Origin: an uncultured Planctomycetaceae bacterium
Lineage (GTDB): Bacteria > Planctomycetota > Planctomycetia > Planctomycetales > Planctomycetaceae
DNA length: 64,000 nucleotides
Assembly (NCBI GenBank): GCA_963815195.1
Contig: CAWFGE010000007.1
Coordinates: 160,001 to 224,000, forward strand
Reading direction: 5' to 3'
Below, piece after piece: positions 40,563 through 50,931 of the stretch (position 1 is the stretch's first letter; every line of letters starts with the position of its first letter). The notes beneath the pieces were generated by a model. That model worked only from the letters and a program-made list of their open reading frames with translations. It was not told where the DNA came from and searched no databases. The position numbers and the translations under genes are program-made.

Positions 40563-41402
40563 TCACGTCAGCCAGGAATTGACCAGGGTTCGGAGGGCGA
40601 TCAGTTGCTCGAGCAGCCGGGGAACTTCGTCCAGGCGGACCATGTTGGGGCCGTCGCTTTTGGCTTCGTCGGGATTGGGATGCGTCTCGAAGAACACCGC
40701 ATCGCTGCCCGCGGCAACCGCGGCCCGCGCCAGAATCGGCACCATCTCCCGCTGCCCGCCCGTGGTGCTGCCGCCGGGCAGTTGCACGCTGTGCGTGGCA
40801 TCGAACACCACCGGCACGCCCAAGGACTTCATAATCGGAATCGCCCGCATGTCGTTCACCAGCCGCCCGTAGCCAAATGTCGTCCCCCGTTCGGTCAAAA
40901 GGATGTTCGGATTGCCGGCCTCTTCGCATTTGCGGACGACATGCACCATGTCCTCCGGCGCGACGAACTGCGGCTTCTTCACGTTGACCACGCCTTGCCG
41001 TTTCGCGGTGGCCTCGGCGGCGGCTTGGATCAAATCCGTCTGCCGGGCCAGAAACGCCGGGATTTGCAAAATGTCGCAAACCTCCGCCGCGGGTTCGCAC
41101 TGGTGCGGCTCGTGTACGTCGGTCGTCACGGCGAGGCCCGTCGCTTCGCGGGCTTTGGCGAGAATCTCCAAGCCACGCTCCAAACCCGGCCCGCGAAAAC
41201 TTTTGAGGCTCGTGCGGTTGGCTTTGTCAAAACTCGATTTGAACACCAACGAGACCCCCGCCTCGGCCGCGATGTCCGCCAACCGCTGGGAGACCTCGAG
41301 AATGAGCGATTCGCTCTCAATCACACAAGGCCCGGCAATCACCAACAACGGCCGGCCCGTCCCGCAAGCCATCCCCCGCACGCTCACCGGATTGTTCGGC
41401 AT
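40563..41402 (-). CDS. kdsA: 3-deoxy-8-phosphooctulonate (KDO8P) synthase
   Basis: [45 protein letters not shown]. Confidence 0.97.
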   Translation of the reverse strand: MPNNPVSVRGMACGTGRPLLVIAGPCVIESESLILEVSQRLADIAAEAGVSLVFKSSFDKANRTSLKSFRGPGLERGLEILAKAREATGLAVTTDVHEPHQCEPAAEVCDILQIPAFLARQTDLIQAAAEATAKRQGVVNVKKPQFVAPEDMVHVVRKCEEAGNPNILLTERGTTFGYGRLVNDMRAIPIMKSLGVPVVFDATHSVQLPGGSTTGGQREMVPILARAAVAAGSDAVFFETHPNPDEAKSDGPNMVRLDEVPRLLEQLIALRTLVNSWLT

Positions 41403-41524
41403 GTCACACTCCCTTTCCACATCGCTTCAAAAGCTCCAAATCGAACCGCGTTCCGTACGAGGATAGAGGATAGAGAATCGAGGATAGAAAAACGATAGCG
41501 AACCGCCTCGCGTTCTTCCTGTCC

Positions 41525-42406
41525 TCAGGCCAAAGGCGGAACGAGAAGTTGGAAACCCTGCGGCTGCACCTGGATGACGGCCGGCGTAAACCCGGCGGGG
41601 TCGCCGTCGACTTGCGCGGGGACTTCCACATCGCATTCCACACGAATCCGCTTCGCCCGCAGGCGTTGAACCAGGTCGCCCGTTTCGTGCCGGCCGCAGA
41701 CGACGCCCGCAAAATGCCGGGCGAACTCGAGCCGGGATTTCGGCGGAAACAACCGCACATCGAGCAGCCCGTCGGTGGGATCCGCGGAGCGGGCGATCGG
41801 CAGGCGAAATCCATAGACCGGCATGTTGACGACAAACCCTAAGGACGCCAACCGCGGCTCGGGGTCGTCATCAATATAAAACCGCATCTCGGGGTAGTTA
41901 TAATTCCAGAACGCCTGCCACAGCGGGCGGGCGTAGGACCAATGGCGGATGTGGCCTTGGCGGGCGCTGTCCACGAGCCGCACCACCTCCGCATCGAAGC
42001 CGAAGCCGGCCATCAGCGTAAACCGCCGCTCGCCCATGGTGCACAAGTCGAAGCTCTTCGCCTGCCCGGCGGCGATCATGTCGGCCACGAACTGCCCGGA
42101 CCGGCGAATGCCCAGATACCTGGCGAGCAGGTTCTCGGTCCCCAAAGGCAAAACCGCGATGGGATACCGGGGGCAGCGGTTGATCAAATCCCCGACCGTG
42201 CCATCGCCTCCCGCCGCGACGATGCAGCGGGGCGGGTCGTCGGGATCGAGCACCCGCAGCCGTTCGTCGCAGCGCTCGCGTTTGGAAAACAACATCGGCC
42301 GCAGCCCGTGCCGTTTCAGCCCGGCAATGAGGTCCAAAAGAATCCTCGCGCGCGGCCCCGACCCCGAACGCGGATTCCGCTGAATGGCCACCCAGGGTCG
42401 CTTCAT
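41525..42406 (-). CDS. Diacylglycerol/lipid kinase family protein
   Basis: NPRSG, AGGDGT, LPLGTEN, GFDA, QVDGD; ATGA overlap with the HAD gene. Confidence 0.92.
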   Translation of the reverse strand: MKRPWVAIQRNPRSGSGPRARILLDLIAGLKRHGLRPMLFSKRERCDERLRVLDPDDPPRCIVAAGGDGTVGDLINRCPRYPIAVLPLGTENLLARYLGIRRSGQFVADMIAAGQAKSFDLCTMGERRFTLMAGFGFDAEVVRLVDSARQGHIRHWSYARPLWQAFWNYNYPEMRFYIDDDPEPRLASLGFVVNMPVYGFRLPIARSADPTDGLLDVRLFPPKSRLEFARHFAGVVCGRHETGDLVQRLRAKRIRVECDVEVPAQVDGDPAGFTPAVIQVQPQGFQLLVPPLA

Positions 42407-43101
42407 GGCAAGAGGTCGAGGAGTTCCGTCAGAGTGAAAATGGTGGGAATGGTCTCGTCTTTGTTGATGATATTCGATTGGAGCCGATCGAGATACGCCG
42501 CGCGGATTCCCGCTTCGCCCGCCCCCCGAATGTCGTTGATCCAATCGTCGCCTACCATGAGGATGTCACGCTTCTCGAATCGCGACAAATCGAGCAAGGC
42601 GTCGTAAAAAGCCGGCGATGGTTTTGACGAACCGACTTCCGAGGAAATCACGCGCGTGGAGATATTTTTGAGCTCCGGATGGCCGTCGCAGACGGCGTGC
42701 AATCGCCGATCGAAATTGGACGCGATCGCCGTGTCGTATCCCCTCGCCGCAAGTTCACTCAACGTCTCGGCGACATCCGGGAAACACCGCCACGAATCCG
42801 CCTTCCCGAAGTGGGCGAACAATTCCTCGAAGCAGGCCTCGAAGTTTTCAACATCATGAAACACCGAGCGCACGATAAACGACCATCGACGTCGCTCGTT
42901 ATTTTCGTCGGTCGTGCCGGCTGACCATTCTTCCGTCGTTGCCAAACGAAATACGTCGCGGAACCGCGTGCGAATCTCCTCTTCGGAAAGTTCCGAGCCG
43001 AATTTTCTCCCCACGCGCGCATACACCTCGGCCACGGGCGGCTCGGGATAAACCAGCGTGCCCACGGCATCAAACGCGACGCATTGAATGTGAAACAGCA
43101 T
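42403..43101 (-). CDS. HAD-IA family hydrolase
   Basis: FDAVGTL, SNFD, KP, MVGDDWINDI. Confidence 0.92.
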   Translation of the reverse strand: MLFHIQCVAFDAVGTLVYPEPPVAEVYARVGRKFGSELSEEEIRTRFRDVFRLATTEEWSAGTTDENNERRRWSFIVRSVFHDVENFEACFEELFAHFGKADSWRCFPDVAETLSELAARGYDTAIASNFDRRLHAVCDGHPELKNISTRVISSEVGSSKPSPAFYDALLDLSRFEKRDILMVGDDWINDIRGAGEAGIRAAYLDRLQSNIINKDETIPTIFTLTELLDLLP

Positions 43102-43298
43102 AGCGGGCGGCGTTAGAAAATCGACCGAATCAGAACAGAAGGCACACCCATTGTCCGTTCATTAGCGACAAAACCTGTGCACAGATTCATTTTGCAGCAG
43201 GATTTTGTGCCCCATGATTCTGCGATTTCGATTGTCGATTGGGTGATTACCAACTTCAGTACTTCCAAAAAAGCTCGAGAAAATGTTTTCGCCGTCAA

Positions 43299-43368
43299 GA
43301 GCCGCGCACGAAGTAAGCGGTTTTGAGGGATTCAGAGAACGCAAGACCGCTTACTTCGTGCGCGGCTC
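43299..43368. repeat. REP-like doublet, perfect 22-bp arms
   Basis: GAGCCGCGCACGAAGTAAGCGG at 43299-43320 and its reverse complement at 43347-43368. Confidence 0.9.
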
Positions 43369-43439
43369 AGGCCTTTTTTTGGCATTACTGAAATTGTTGA
43401 ACTTACTTCGATCTTTCATAATTCAACCGCCGCCGCGCA

Positions 43440-44369
43440 TCAATCGCCAGCCGATTTGGGGTTCTTGACGGTCTCGGCTTCGATGAAGATCTGCTTGACC
43501 TCCGGGTGCCTTTCCTGGATCTGTTTTTCCATGCGGTCCACGGCGGCTTCGATGTCGTCGGACGACAGCGAATCTTTGAATTGAATGTCCAGATTCAAAA
43601 GCACCTGATCGGGCCCCATGTGCAACGTCAGGGTGCGTCCGATGCGTTCCACGCCAGGATCGCTTTGGGCGAGTTTGCGGATGTCGGCCACGGTTTCGGG
43701 GGCGGCACTTTCGCCGATCAACAGCCCCCGCGTCTCATAAATCAGAATCGCCGAGACCCCCGCGAGGAGCAAACCGATCAAAATCGAGGCCACCGCATCC
43801 AAGCGAGGCATCTGCAAAAGTTCGCCCAGATAGATTCCCAAAAACGCAAACAACAGCCCCAACAGCGCGGCGGAGTCCTCAAACAGCACGACAAAGGTCG
43901 TCGGATCCTTGCTGGCGCGGATTTCCTGCCAGAAGGATTCGTCCCCTTTGACCTGGAGAAACGTGCGAAGTGCAAACACCCAGGTGACGCCCTCGAACAC
44001 GGCCGAGATGCCGATGACGAGATAGTTGGTGAGCGGGCTGACGACTTCCGGAGGCGTCTTCAAGTGCAAAATGCCTTCGTAAGTGGAGATGCCTCCGCCG
44101 ACGCCGAAGATCATGATCCCGACGATCAAGCTCCAGAAATACACTTCCGATCCGTAGCCGAAGGGGTGCTTTTCATTGGGCGGACGCTTGCTGAGCCGCA
44201 TCCCCAGGAGCAAGAGCAGACCATCGCCCGTGTCCACAGTGGAATGAATTCCCTCCGAGAGCATCGCCGAACTCCCGGTGATCGCGGCGGCCACGAATTT
44301 GGTGACGGCGATGGCGAGATTTCCAATAATCGCCGCCACGACGGTCAAGGTCGACGAAGTCTGGGCCAC
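43440..44369 (-). CDS. Cation diffusion facilitator family transporter
   Basis: SEGIHSTVD, HPFGYG, FEDSAA, C-terminal dimerisation domain. Confidence 0.93.
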   Translation of the reverse strand: MAQTSSTLTVVAAIIGNLAIAVTKFVAAAITGSSAMLSEGIHSTVDTGDGLLLLLGMRLSKRPPNEKHPFGYGSEVYFWSLIVGIMIFGVGGGISTYEGILHLKTPPEVVSPLTNYLVIGISAVFEGVTWVFALRTFLQVKGDESFWQEIRASKDPTTFVVLFEDSAALLGLLFAFLGIYLGELLQMPRLDAVASILIGLLLAGVSAILIYETRGLLIGESAAPETVADIRKLAQSDPGVERIGRTLTLHMGPDQVLLNLDIQFKDSLSSDDIEAAVDRMEKQIQERHPEVKQIFIEAETVKNPKSAGD

Positions 44370-44813
44370 GGATTGATCCTTTCATTGTTTACTCCCATTA
44401 GGGCAACGTGGCTCGCGGTTTGATTTGGTTATAGAGAGTTGGAACTGGAATGCGAGAGCAATTCCGCCGGCTTGATGGTCGGCGGAACGCGATAAGTTTC
44501 TGGCCGAGAACGATTCCTTCTGGATTGAGGAACTTGTGGATCGGACGGCTTTCCCTCCGACTGGAGAAAACAGGGAAAAAGTGCGGTTCCCGGTGGGGGG
44601 AACGGTTGGGGAAGGAAGTCGGGGAACGTCTGATTTCTCTCGGATGGTCCGGTTCTGCCGCCGATTTTTTGTTTTCAAGGCCGGCCGAGCGTGTTATGTT
44701 AGAATTTGTGAAAATTTTTCCGTGGTATCCTTGCGATTCATTTCACATCATGTCAAAACATATCAGCCACGTCTTTCGAACATCAACAAACCTCCACTGT
44801 TGATTCGCGTTCT

Positions 44814-46568
44814 ATGAACAAACCCCAAGTGACCGACTCCTTCCTCGAGCTTTTGGAAAAGAGTCAACTGCTCTCCGCCGAGAAATTCGAGGCGGCCTGT
44901 GAAGAGTACGGTCTCCGGGAGTTGCCCTCCGCCAAGCACGCCGCCCAGCGGCTCGTGCGGGCCAGGCTGCTGACGGCCTATCAAGCCGAGCGTTTGCTCA
45001 TGGGGCGGTCGCGGGGGTTTTTGATCGACCGCTTCAAGGTGTTGGCGATTTTGGGATTCGGCGGGATGGGCCGGATCTACGTGGCCGAGGACACCACCAC
45101 CGGGAAACAAGTCGCCCTCAAGGTGTTGACCGAACGGCACGAAGTCGATGCGAGCATGCTCGAGCGGTTGAAGCTCGAAGCCCGCGCGGGGCTGCGGCTC
45201 GATCATCCGCATGTCGTCCGCACGCTCGAAATCGGCCACACTGGGGCGGTGACCTATGTGGTCATGGAATATGTCGAAGGCCTGACGTTGCACGAAGTGA
45301 TCGCCACGCGGGGGAAGATGCCCTGGCCGCAGGCGTGCAACGTCATCGCCCAAGCCGCCCTGGGCCTCCACCACGCGCACGAGGCGGGGCTGGTGCATCG
45401 CGACATCAAGCCGGCGAACTTGTTGGTGATGAACGACGGGCAGTCGAAGGTGCTGGACTTCGGGTTGGCCCTCCTCAAAGACGATGAGGAATCGGAATTT
45501 GCGCTGGCGATGATTTTCGGCCACGATTGCCTGGGCACGGCGGATTACATCTCACCGGAGCAGTCGCTGCACAGCCACGATGTGGATGCCCGCGCGGACG
45601 TTTACAGCCTGGGCTGCACGCTGTATTTCGTTTTGACGGGACAGGTGCCGTTCCCGCTCAATACGGTGGCGGAAAAACTGGTGGCCCAGCGGATGAAAGT
45701 CCCGCCGCCGATTTCGACCTATGCGCCGGACGTGCCCCAGGGCGTGATCGATCTGGTCGCGAAGATGATGGCCAAAAAGCCGGAGGACCGCTTCCAGACC
45801 GCCGGCGAGGTGGCGGAGGCGCTCAAGCCTTACGCAAAGCAATTGCCGATCCCCTTTGATTTCCAAACCATCCTCGTGGCGCGGGCCCGCGAAGCCTCCC
45901 GGCGGATGCGGGCGAACCTCAAAGCCAAGCAGGCGTCTTCGGGCAACTCTTCGACCACCGCCCAATCGCCCAGCCGGACGGCGTCGAGTTCGGTCACGTC
46001 CGGGGCCTCGGCGAGCATCTCCACCCAGCGCTTGCAGAACCAGATTGAAACCGAGATCGACGTGCATCGGCAACGGTCTCCCCAGCCGGCCGCCCGGCCC
46101 GAACCGCCCGAGACGCAAGTGGACAACCTCGGCCGCACCGCGACCATGCGGGCCGCCGAGTCTTCGCTGCCCGCCCCGGTTCCCGCCGTGCTCGTGCCTC
46201 TGGGCGGCGGGCCGCCGATTGTGCTCGATCGGCAGCGGATGCAGTTCGGCCGCTCGTCCGCGTGCGACATCCAATGGGACCACCAGGGCGTCTCCTCCAA
46301 GCACTGCGAGTTTTGCTTCGAGGGAAGCTGGTGGAAAGTCACCGACCTGGGCAGCAAAAACGGCGTGCAAATCAACGGGACGGACGTCACCAGCCGGATG
46401 CTGATGCCCGGCGACCGCTTGACCATCGCCCGCAAATACCACTTCCGCATCGAAGACCCGAACGCGGAACCCGCCCGCGTCGGTTCGCTCCGCTTTTGGT
46501 TGTGGATCCTCGCCCTGCTCGCGTTCACGACCCTGGGCGGCCTCTTGGCCTGGTGGCTCTCTTCCTAA
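44814..46568 (+). CDS. Ser/Thr protein kinase with FHA domain and C-terminal TM anchor
   Basis: GFGGMG, VALK, HRDIKPAN, DFG, SPE; FHA motifs GR, SSKH, SKNG; terminal TM helix. Confidence 0.95.
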   Translation: MNKPQVTDSFLELLEKSQLLSAEKFEAACEEYGLRELPSAKHAAQRLVRARLLTAYQAERLLMGRSRGFLIDRFKVLAILGFGGMGRIYVAEDTTTGKQVALKVLTERHEVDASMLERLKLEARAGLRLDHPHVVRTLEIGHTGAVTYVVMEYVEGLTLHEVIATRGKMPWPQACNVIAQAALGLHHAHEAGLVHRDIKPANLLVMNDGQSKVLDFGLALLKDDEESEFALAMIFGHDCLGTADYISPEQSLHSHDVDARADVYSLGCTLYFVLTGQVPFPLNTVAEKLVAQRMKVPPPISTYAPDVPQGVIDLVAKMMAKKPEDRFQTAGEVAEALKPYAKQLPIPFDFQTILVARAREASRRMRANLKAKQASSGNSSTTAQSPSRTASSSVTSGASASISTQRLQNQIETEIDVHRQRSPQPAARPEPPETQVDNLGRTATMRAAESSLPAPVPAVLVPLGGGPPIVLDRQRMQFGRSSACDIQWDHQGVSSKHCEFCFEGSWWKVTDLGSKNGVQINGTDVTSRMLMPGDRLTIARKYHFRIEDPNAEPARVGSLRFWLWILALLAFTTLGGLLAWWLSS

Positions 46569-46789
46569 TCCAAAACGCCGCGTCCGCATTGCCCGAACCA
46601 ACCGCAGCGTTGACAGGATCCGCCGCCCGCGGTTTGACCTGTTTTTCCCAGGCGCGGATTGCCGATGATTCTTGAAAACGGCAAGATATTTCGATAAGAT
46701 TTAGTCGTGGGAGATTGCGGATCATCCGGATTTGGCAATCTCCTCCCCGCCCCCCGCCCGAAAAACCCCTCCCACCTTCGGCTCCTGCC

Positions 46790-49129
46790 ATGCGACAGTT
46801 TTCGATTGCTTCATGTCTTGCGATTGCGCTTTATGCGGTTTGGGAATCGTCCCCTTCCGCCCATGCCGCTGACAAGCCGAGCCCCGGACAGCAAATTTAC
46901 GCCAAAACTTGCGCCGAATGCCACGGCAAAGAGGGCGCAGGCGGCGATGGCTACGAAAAACCGCTCGCGGGCGATCTTTCCGTGCCGCAGCTCGCCAAAT
47001 TGGTCAAAAAGACGATGCCGCAGGACGAGCCCGGCACGCTGTCCGCCGAGCAGTCGCAGCAGGTCGCCCAGTACGTTTACGATGCGTTTTACTCCGCGAT
47101 CGCCCGTTCGCGGAACCAGCCCGCGCGGATCGAATTGGCCCGGTTGACCGTCCGCCAATATCGGCTGGCGCTCGCCGACTTGATCGGCAGCTTCCGCCAA
47201 CCGCCGGTGTGGGATGAGAAGCGCGGCCTGGGTGGGGAATATTACGAAGGCCGCCGCCCGGGCGATCGCCGCAAGCGGAAAGAAACCCGCGTCGATCCGC
47301 AGGTGAATTTCGACTTCGGCAAAGAGGCCGCGGTGCCGGACATCAAAACGCCCTACGAGTTTTCCATCCGCTGGGATGGTTCGGTCTTGGCTCCGGAAAC
47401 CGGGGACTACCGGTTTGTCGTCCACACCGAGCACGCCGCCCGCTTGTGGCTGAACGACAAGGAGCAACCCGTGATCGATGCCTGGGTCAAGTCGGGCGAC
47501 GACACCGATTATGAAGCCGAGGTGTTCCTGGTCGCCGGGCGGGTTTATCCGCTGAAGCTCGAGTTCACCAAAGCCAAGCAGGGCGTGGACGATTCCGAAA
47601 AAACGCAAAGGGCCGCCGCCCTCGAAGCCGGCTTCGATCAAGCTGCTCTGGAAACGTCCCCGCGGCGCATTGGAGCCGATCCCCGCCCGCCACATGGCTC
47701 CGCACGAAGTCCGACGAGGTGTTCGTGTGCGATACGCCGTTCCCGCCGGACGACCGCAGCTACGGCTGGGAACGGGGCACGGCGATTTCCGAAGCCTGGG
47801 AACGAGCGACAACCGATGGGGCGATCCAGGCGGCGCGTTATGTGGCCGAGCATCTCGATCGATTGACCAGCACAAAGCCCGGCGACAAGAACCGCGACGA
47901 GCGGGTGAAAGCCTTCTGCCGGACCTTCGCCGACCGCGCCTTCCGCCGGCCGCTCACGGATAAAGAGTCCCAGTGGCTGATCGACAAACAATTCGCCGAA
48001 GCCGGTTCGACCGAAGCCGCGGTCAAGCGCGTGGTGCTGTTGACCCTCAAGACGCCGCAGTTTCTGTATCGGGAAATCGGCGGCCCGGACCAGTTCGACG
48101 TGGCTTCGCGGTTGTCGTTCGGGCTCTGGGATTCCCTCCCCGATGAAACTCTCATGAACGCCGCGAAAGCCGGGGAGTTGGCGAATGAAGACCAAGTCGC
48201 CCGCCAGGCCGAGCGGATGCTCGCCGACCCGCGGGCCAAGATCAAGATTCGCGAATTTCTGCTGAATTGGCTGCGGGCGAACTCGGAAATGGATCTCAGC
48301 AAAGATGCCGAGAAGTTCCCCGGTTTCGATGAGCACCTCGTCGCGGATTTGCGCACGTCGCTGGAATGGTTCCTGGACGAAGTCGTGTGGTCCGAAGAAT
48401 CCGATTACCGCAAGCTGCTTCTGTCCGATGAAGTTTATGTCAATCCCCGGCTCGAGGAATTCTTCAAAGTCAGCGTGGACGGGAAATCGGTGTTCGCGCC
48501 GGTCAAGCTCGACGACGGCCAGCGGGCGGGGATTTTGACGCACCCCTACCTGATGGCTCAGTTCGCCCACGAAAGCGAGACCTCGCCGATTCATCGCGGG
48601 GTGTTTGTGCTCCGGGGGTTGATGGGCCACACGCTGCGTCCGCCGCCCGAGGCCGTCACTCCGCTGCCCGCGAAACTGCATCCCGATTTGACGACGCGGG
48701 AGCGGGTCGCTCTTCAGACCAATTCCAAAACTTGCATGACCTGCCACGCGATGATCAACCCGCTGGGCTTTTCGATGGAGAAGTTCGACGCCGTCGGCCG
48801 CTACCGCGAGAAGGACCGCGAGAAACCCATCGACGACACCGGCAGCTATCAGACCCGCGCCGGCAGCGAAAAAACCTTCCACGGCCCCCGCGAGCTCGCG
48901 GAGTTCATCGCCAACAGCGAAGAAGCCCACGCCGCGTTCGCGGAGCAGTTTTTCCATCACCTCGTGCAGCAATCCATCGGAGCCTACGGCCCCAATGTCG
49001 CAGAAAGAACTCACCAAACAATTTGCCGCCGACAAGTTCCACATCCGCAAACTCGCGGTTAACATCATGGCGAAGTCGGCGTTGATCGGCAGAGAAACCC
49101 AATTGGCGGATATTCTTTCTAATCCATAA
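46790..49129 (+). CDS. Cytochrome c / PA14 / DUF1592-DUF1588 family protein, three frameshifts (near 47605, 47712, 49003)
   Basis: CAECHG, PA14-like FSIRWDG, ASRLSFGLWDSLPD, SPIHRG, CMTCH; last frame ELTKQF...LSNP* ends at 49129. Confidence 0.85.
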
Positions 49130-49172
49130 GTTTAAGGATCTCGGCAACGCGTCAGCCGTAAAGACGCCGTTC

Positions 49173-49430
49173 ATGACAATTCGAGTTGAAATTCGAGAAG
49201 GTGAAAATCTCAAGGAAGCCGTTAACAAATTACATCAACGCGTTAACATGATGTTTGGACGCGCTTGGTACAAATCGCGGATCGGATATTACGAAAAACC
49301 GAGTGAGCGTCGAAGAAGGAAACGAAATCTGCGCAAACGAAACTTGAAACTGATTGAACAGCACGGCCCTCCTGTCCGGATGCGTCATGGCCTCAAAACC
49401 ATTCACCAGAGGGAGAAGGGGTTTCCGTAA
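49173..49430 (+). CDS. Divergent 30S ribosomal protein bS21 homolog
   Basis: IRVEIREGENLKEAV..L...V and YYEKPSERRRRK match the bS21 pattern; 85 aa, basic, lower GC. Confidence 0.75.
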   Translation: MTIRVEIREGENLKEAVNKLHQRVNMMFGRAWYKSRIGYYEKPSERRRRKRNLRKRNLKLIEQHGPPVRMRHGLKTIHQREKGFP

Positions 49431-49458
49431 GGCAAACTCATCACGAGGCGATGTTCGC

Positions 49459-49493
49459 TAAACCTTAAACCTTAAACTGGAAACTTGAAACAC
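49459..49493. repeat. Five-unit heptamer array
   Basis: TAAACCT TAAACCT TAAACTG GAAACTT GAAACAC. Confidence 0.8.
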
Positions 49494-49509
49494 CTAGCGG
49501 AGAACTCCT

Positions 49510-50821
49510 ATGACATCCCCGAAAAGCCGGCGTGATTTTCTGCGTGACCTGGGCCTGTCCGCGGCGGCGACGCCGTTTATTTTGAACCTGCCCAGCCTGG
49601 GTTTCGCCAACCAGGGGCAGCCCAAGAAACGGCTCGTGGTGATGTTCAGCCCCAACGGCGTTGTGCCCGAATACGTTTTGGCCGGATGAGGAAGGCCCGG
49701 AGTTCACCTTGAAGGAAAGCCTCAAGCCGCTCGAACCGTTTAAGGACAAAACCCTGACTCTGCACGGCGTCTGCGATCGGGTTCGCGGCGACGGCGACAG
49801 CCACATGCGCGGCATCGGCTGTTTGCTCACCGGGATCGAACTGTTCCCCGGCAACATCCAAGGCGGCTCGGACACGCCCGCCGGCTGGGCCAGCGGCATT
49901 TCCATCGATCAGGAAATCAAAAACCACCTTCAAAAAGACCCCGCGACCAAAACGCGGTTCGGCTCGCTGGAGTTCGGCGTGATGGTTCCCGACCGGGCCG
50001 ATACCTGGACCCGCATGGTCTATGCCGACGCCAACCGCCCCATCGCCCCCATCGACGATCCCTATCAGATGTTCTCCAAGCTCTACGGCCAGATGAAAGA
50101 CCGCGAAACGCTGGTGAGCATCCTCGACGACCTCAAGGACGACCTCAACAAGGTCAAGGGCAGCATCAGCAGCGAAGACCGCCAGCTCCTGGAAGAGCAC
50201 GCGACCTTCGTGCGGGAGATGGAAGAGGAAATGCAGGCGGCCAAAGGCCCGGTGCACGCCGTGCCCAAGCTCGAACCGGGCGTGAAGGAAGACAACGACA
50301 ACATTCCCACGATCAGCAAAATGCAGATCGAATTGATGGTCAACAGCTTCGTCAACGATTTCAGCCGCGTCGCCACGCTGCAATACACGAACTCCGTGGG
50401 CGGGGCCAGAATGCGCTGGCTGGGCATCGATGAGGGCCATCACAGCCTGTCCCACTCGCCGGACTCCAAAACCGAGGACATGGAAAAGCTCACCAAGATC
50501 AACAAGTGGTTCTGCGAGCAACTCGCCCATCTCGCCAAGCGCCTCGCCGAGACCCCGGAGCCCGGCGGCCAAGGCAGCCTGCTCGATAACACGCTCATCC
50601 TCTGGACCAACGAGCTCGGCAAGGGCAGCTCGCATACGCTGAACGATATTCCCTTCGTGCTCGTCGGAAACGGTTTGGGCTTCAAGATGGGCCAATCCAA
50701 AAAGCTCGGCCGCGTCCCGCACAACCGCCTGTTGATGGCCCTCGCCCACGGCTTCGGCCATCCCGTCAAAACCTTCGGCAACCCCGCCTTCTGCGGCGAC
50801 GGCCCGCTCGATTTGAGCTAA
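49510..50821 (+). CDS. Tat-exported DUF1552 protein, frameshift near 49665
   Basis: [11 protein letters not shown]...[11 protein letters not shown], then PNTFWP...SIDQ...HHSLSH...SLLDNT. Confidence 0.88.
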
Positions 50822-50846
50822 GGTTCATTCGGCGCATCGGTGTCAC

Positions 50847-50905
50847 ATGAACCGGGGCTAGCGCCCTGCGGCTAATGAATCGGATGCTAGCGCGTTCCGG
50901 CTAAT
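50847..50905. repeat. Two tandem REP-like units (GCTAGCGC family) between convergent genes
   Basis: ATGAACCGGGGCTAGCGCCCTGCGGCTAAT then GAATCGGATGCTAGCGCGTTCCGGCTAAT. Confidence 0.85.
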
Positions 50906-50931
50906 CGTTCAAAACCCATCCGGGGCCGCGA

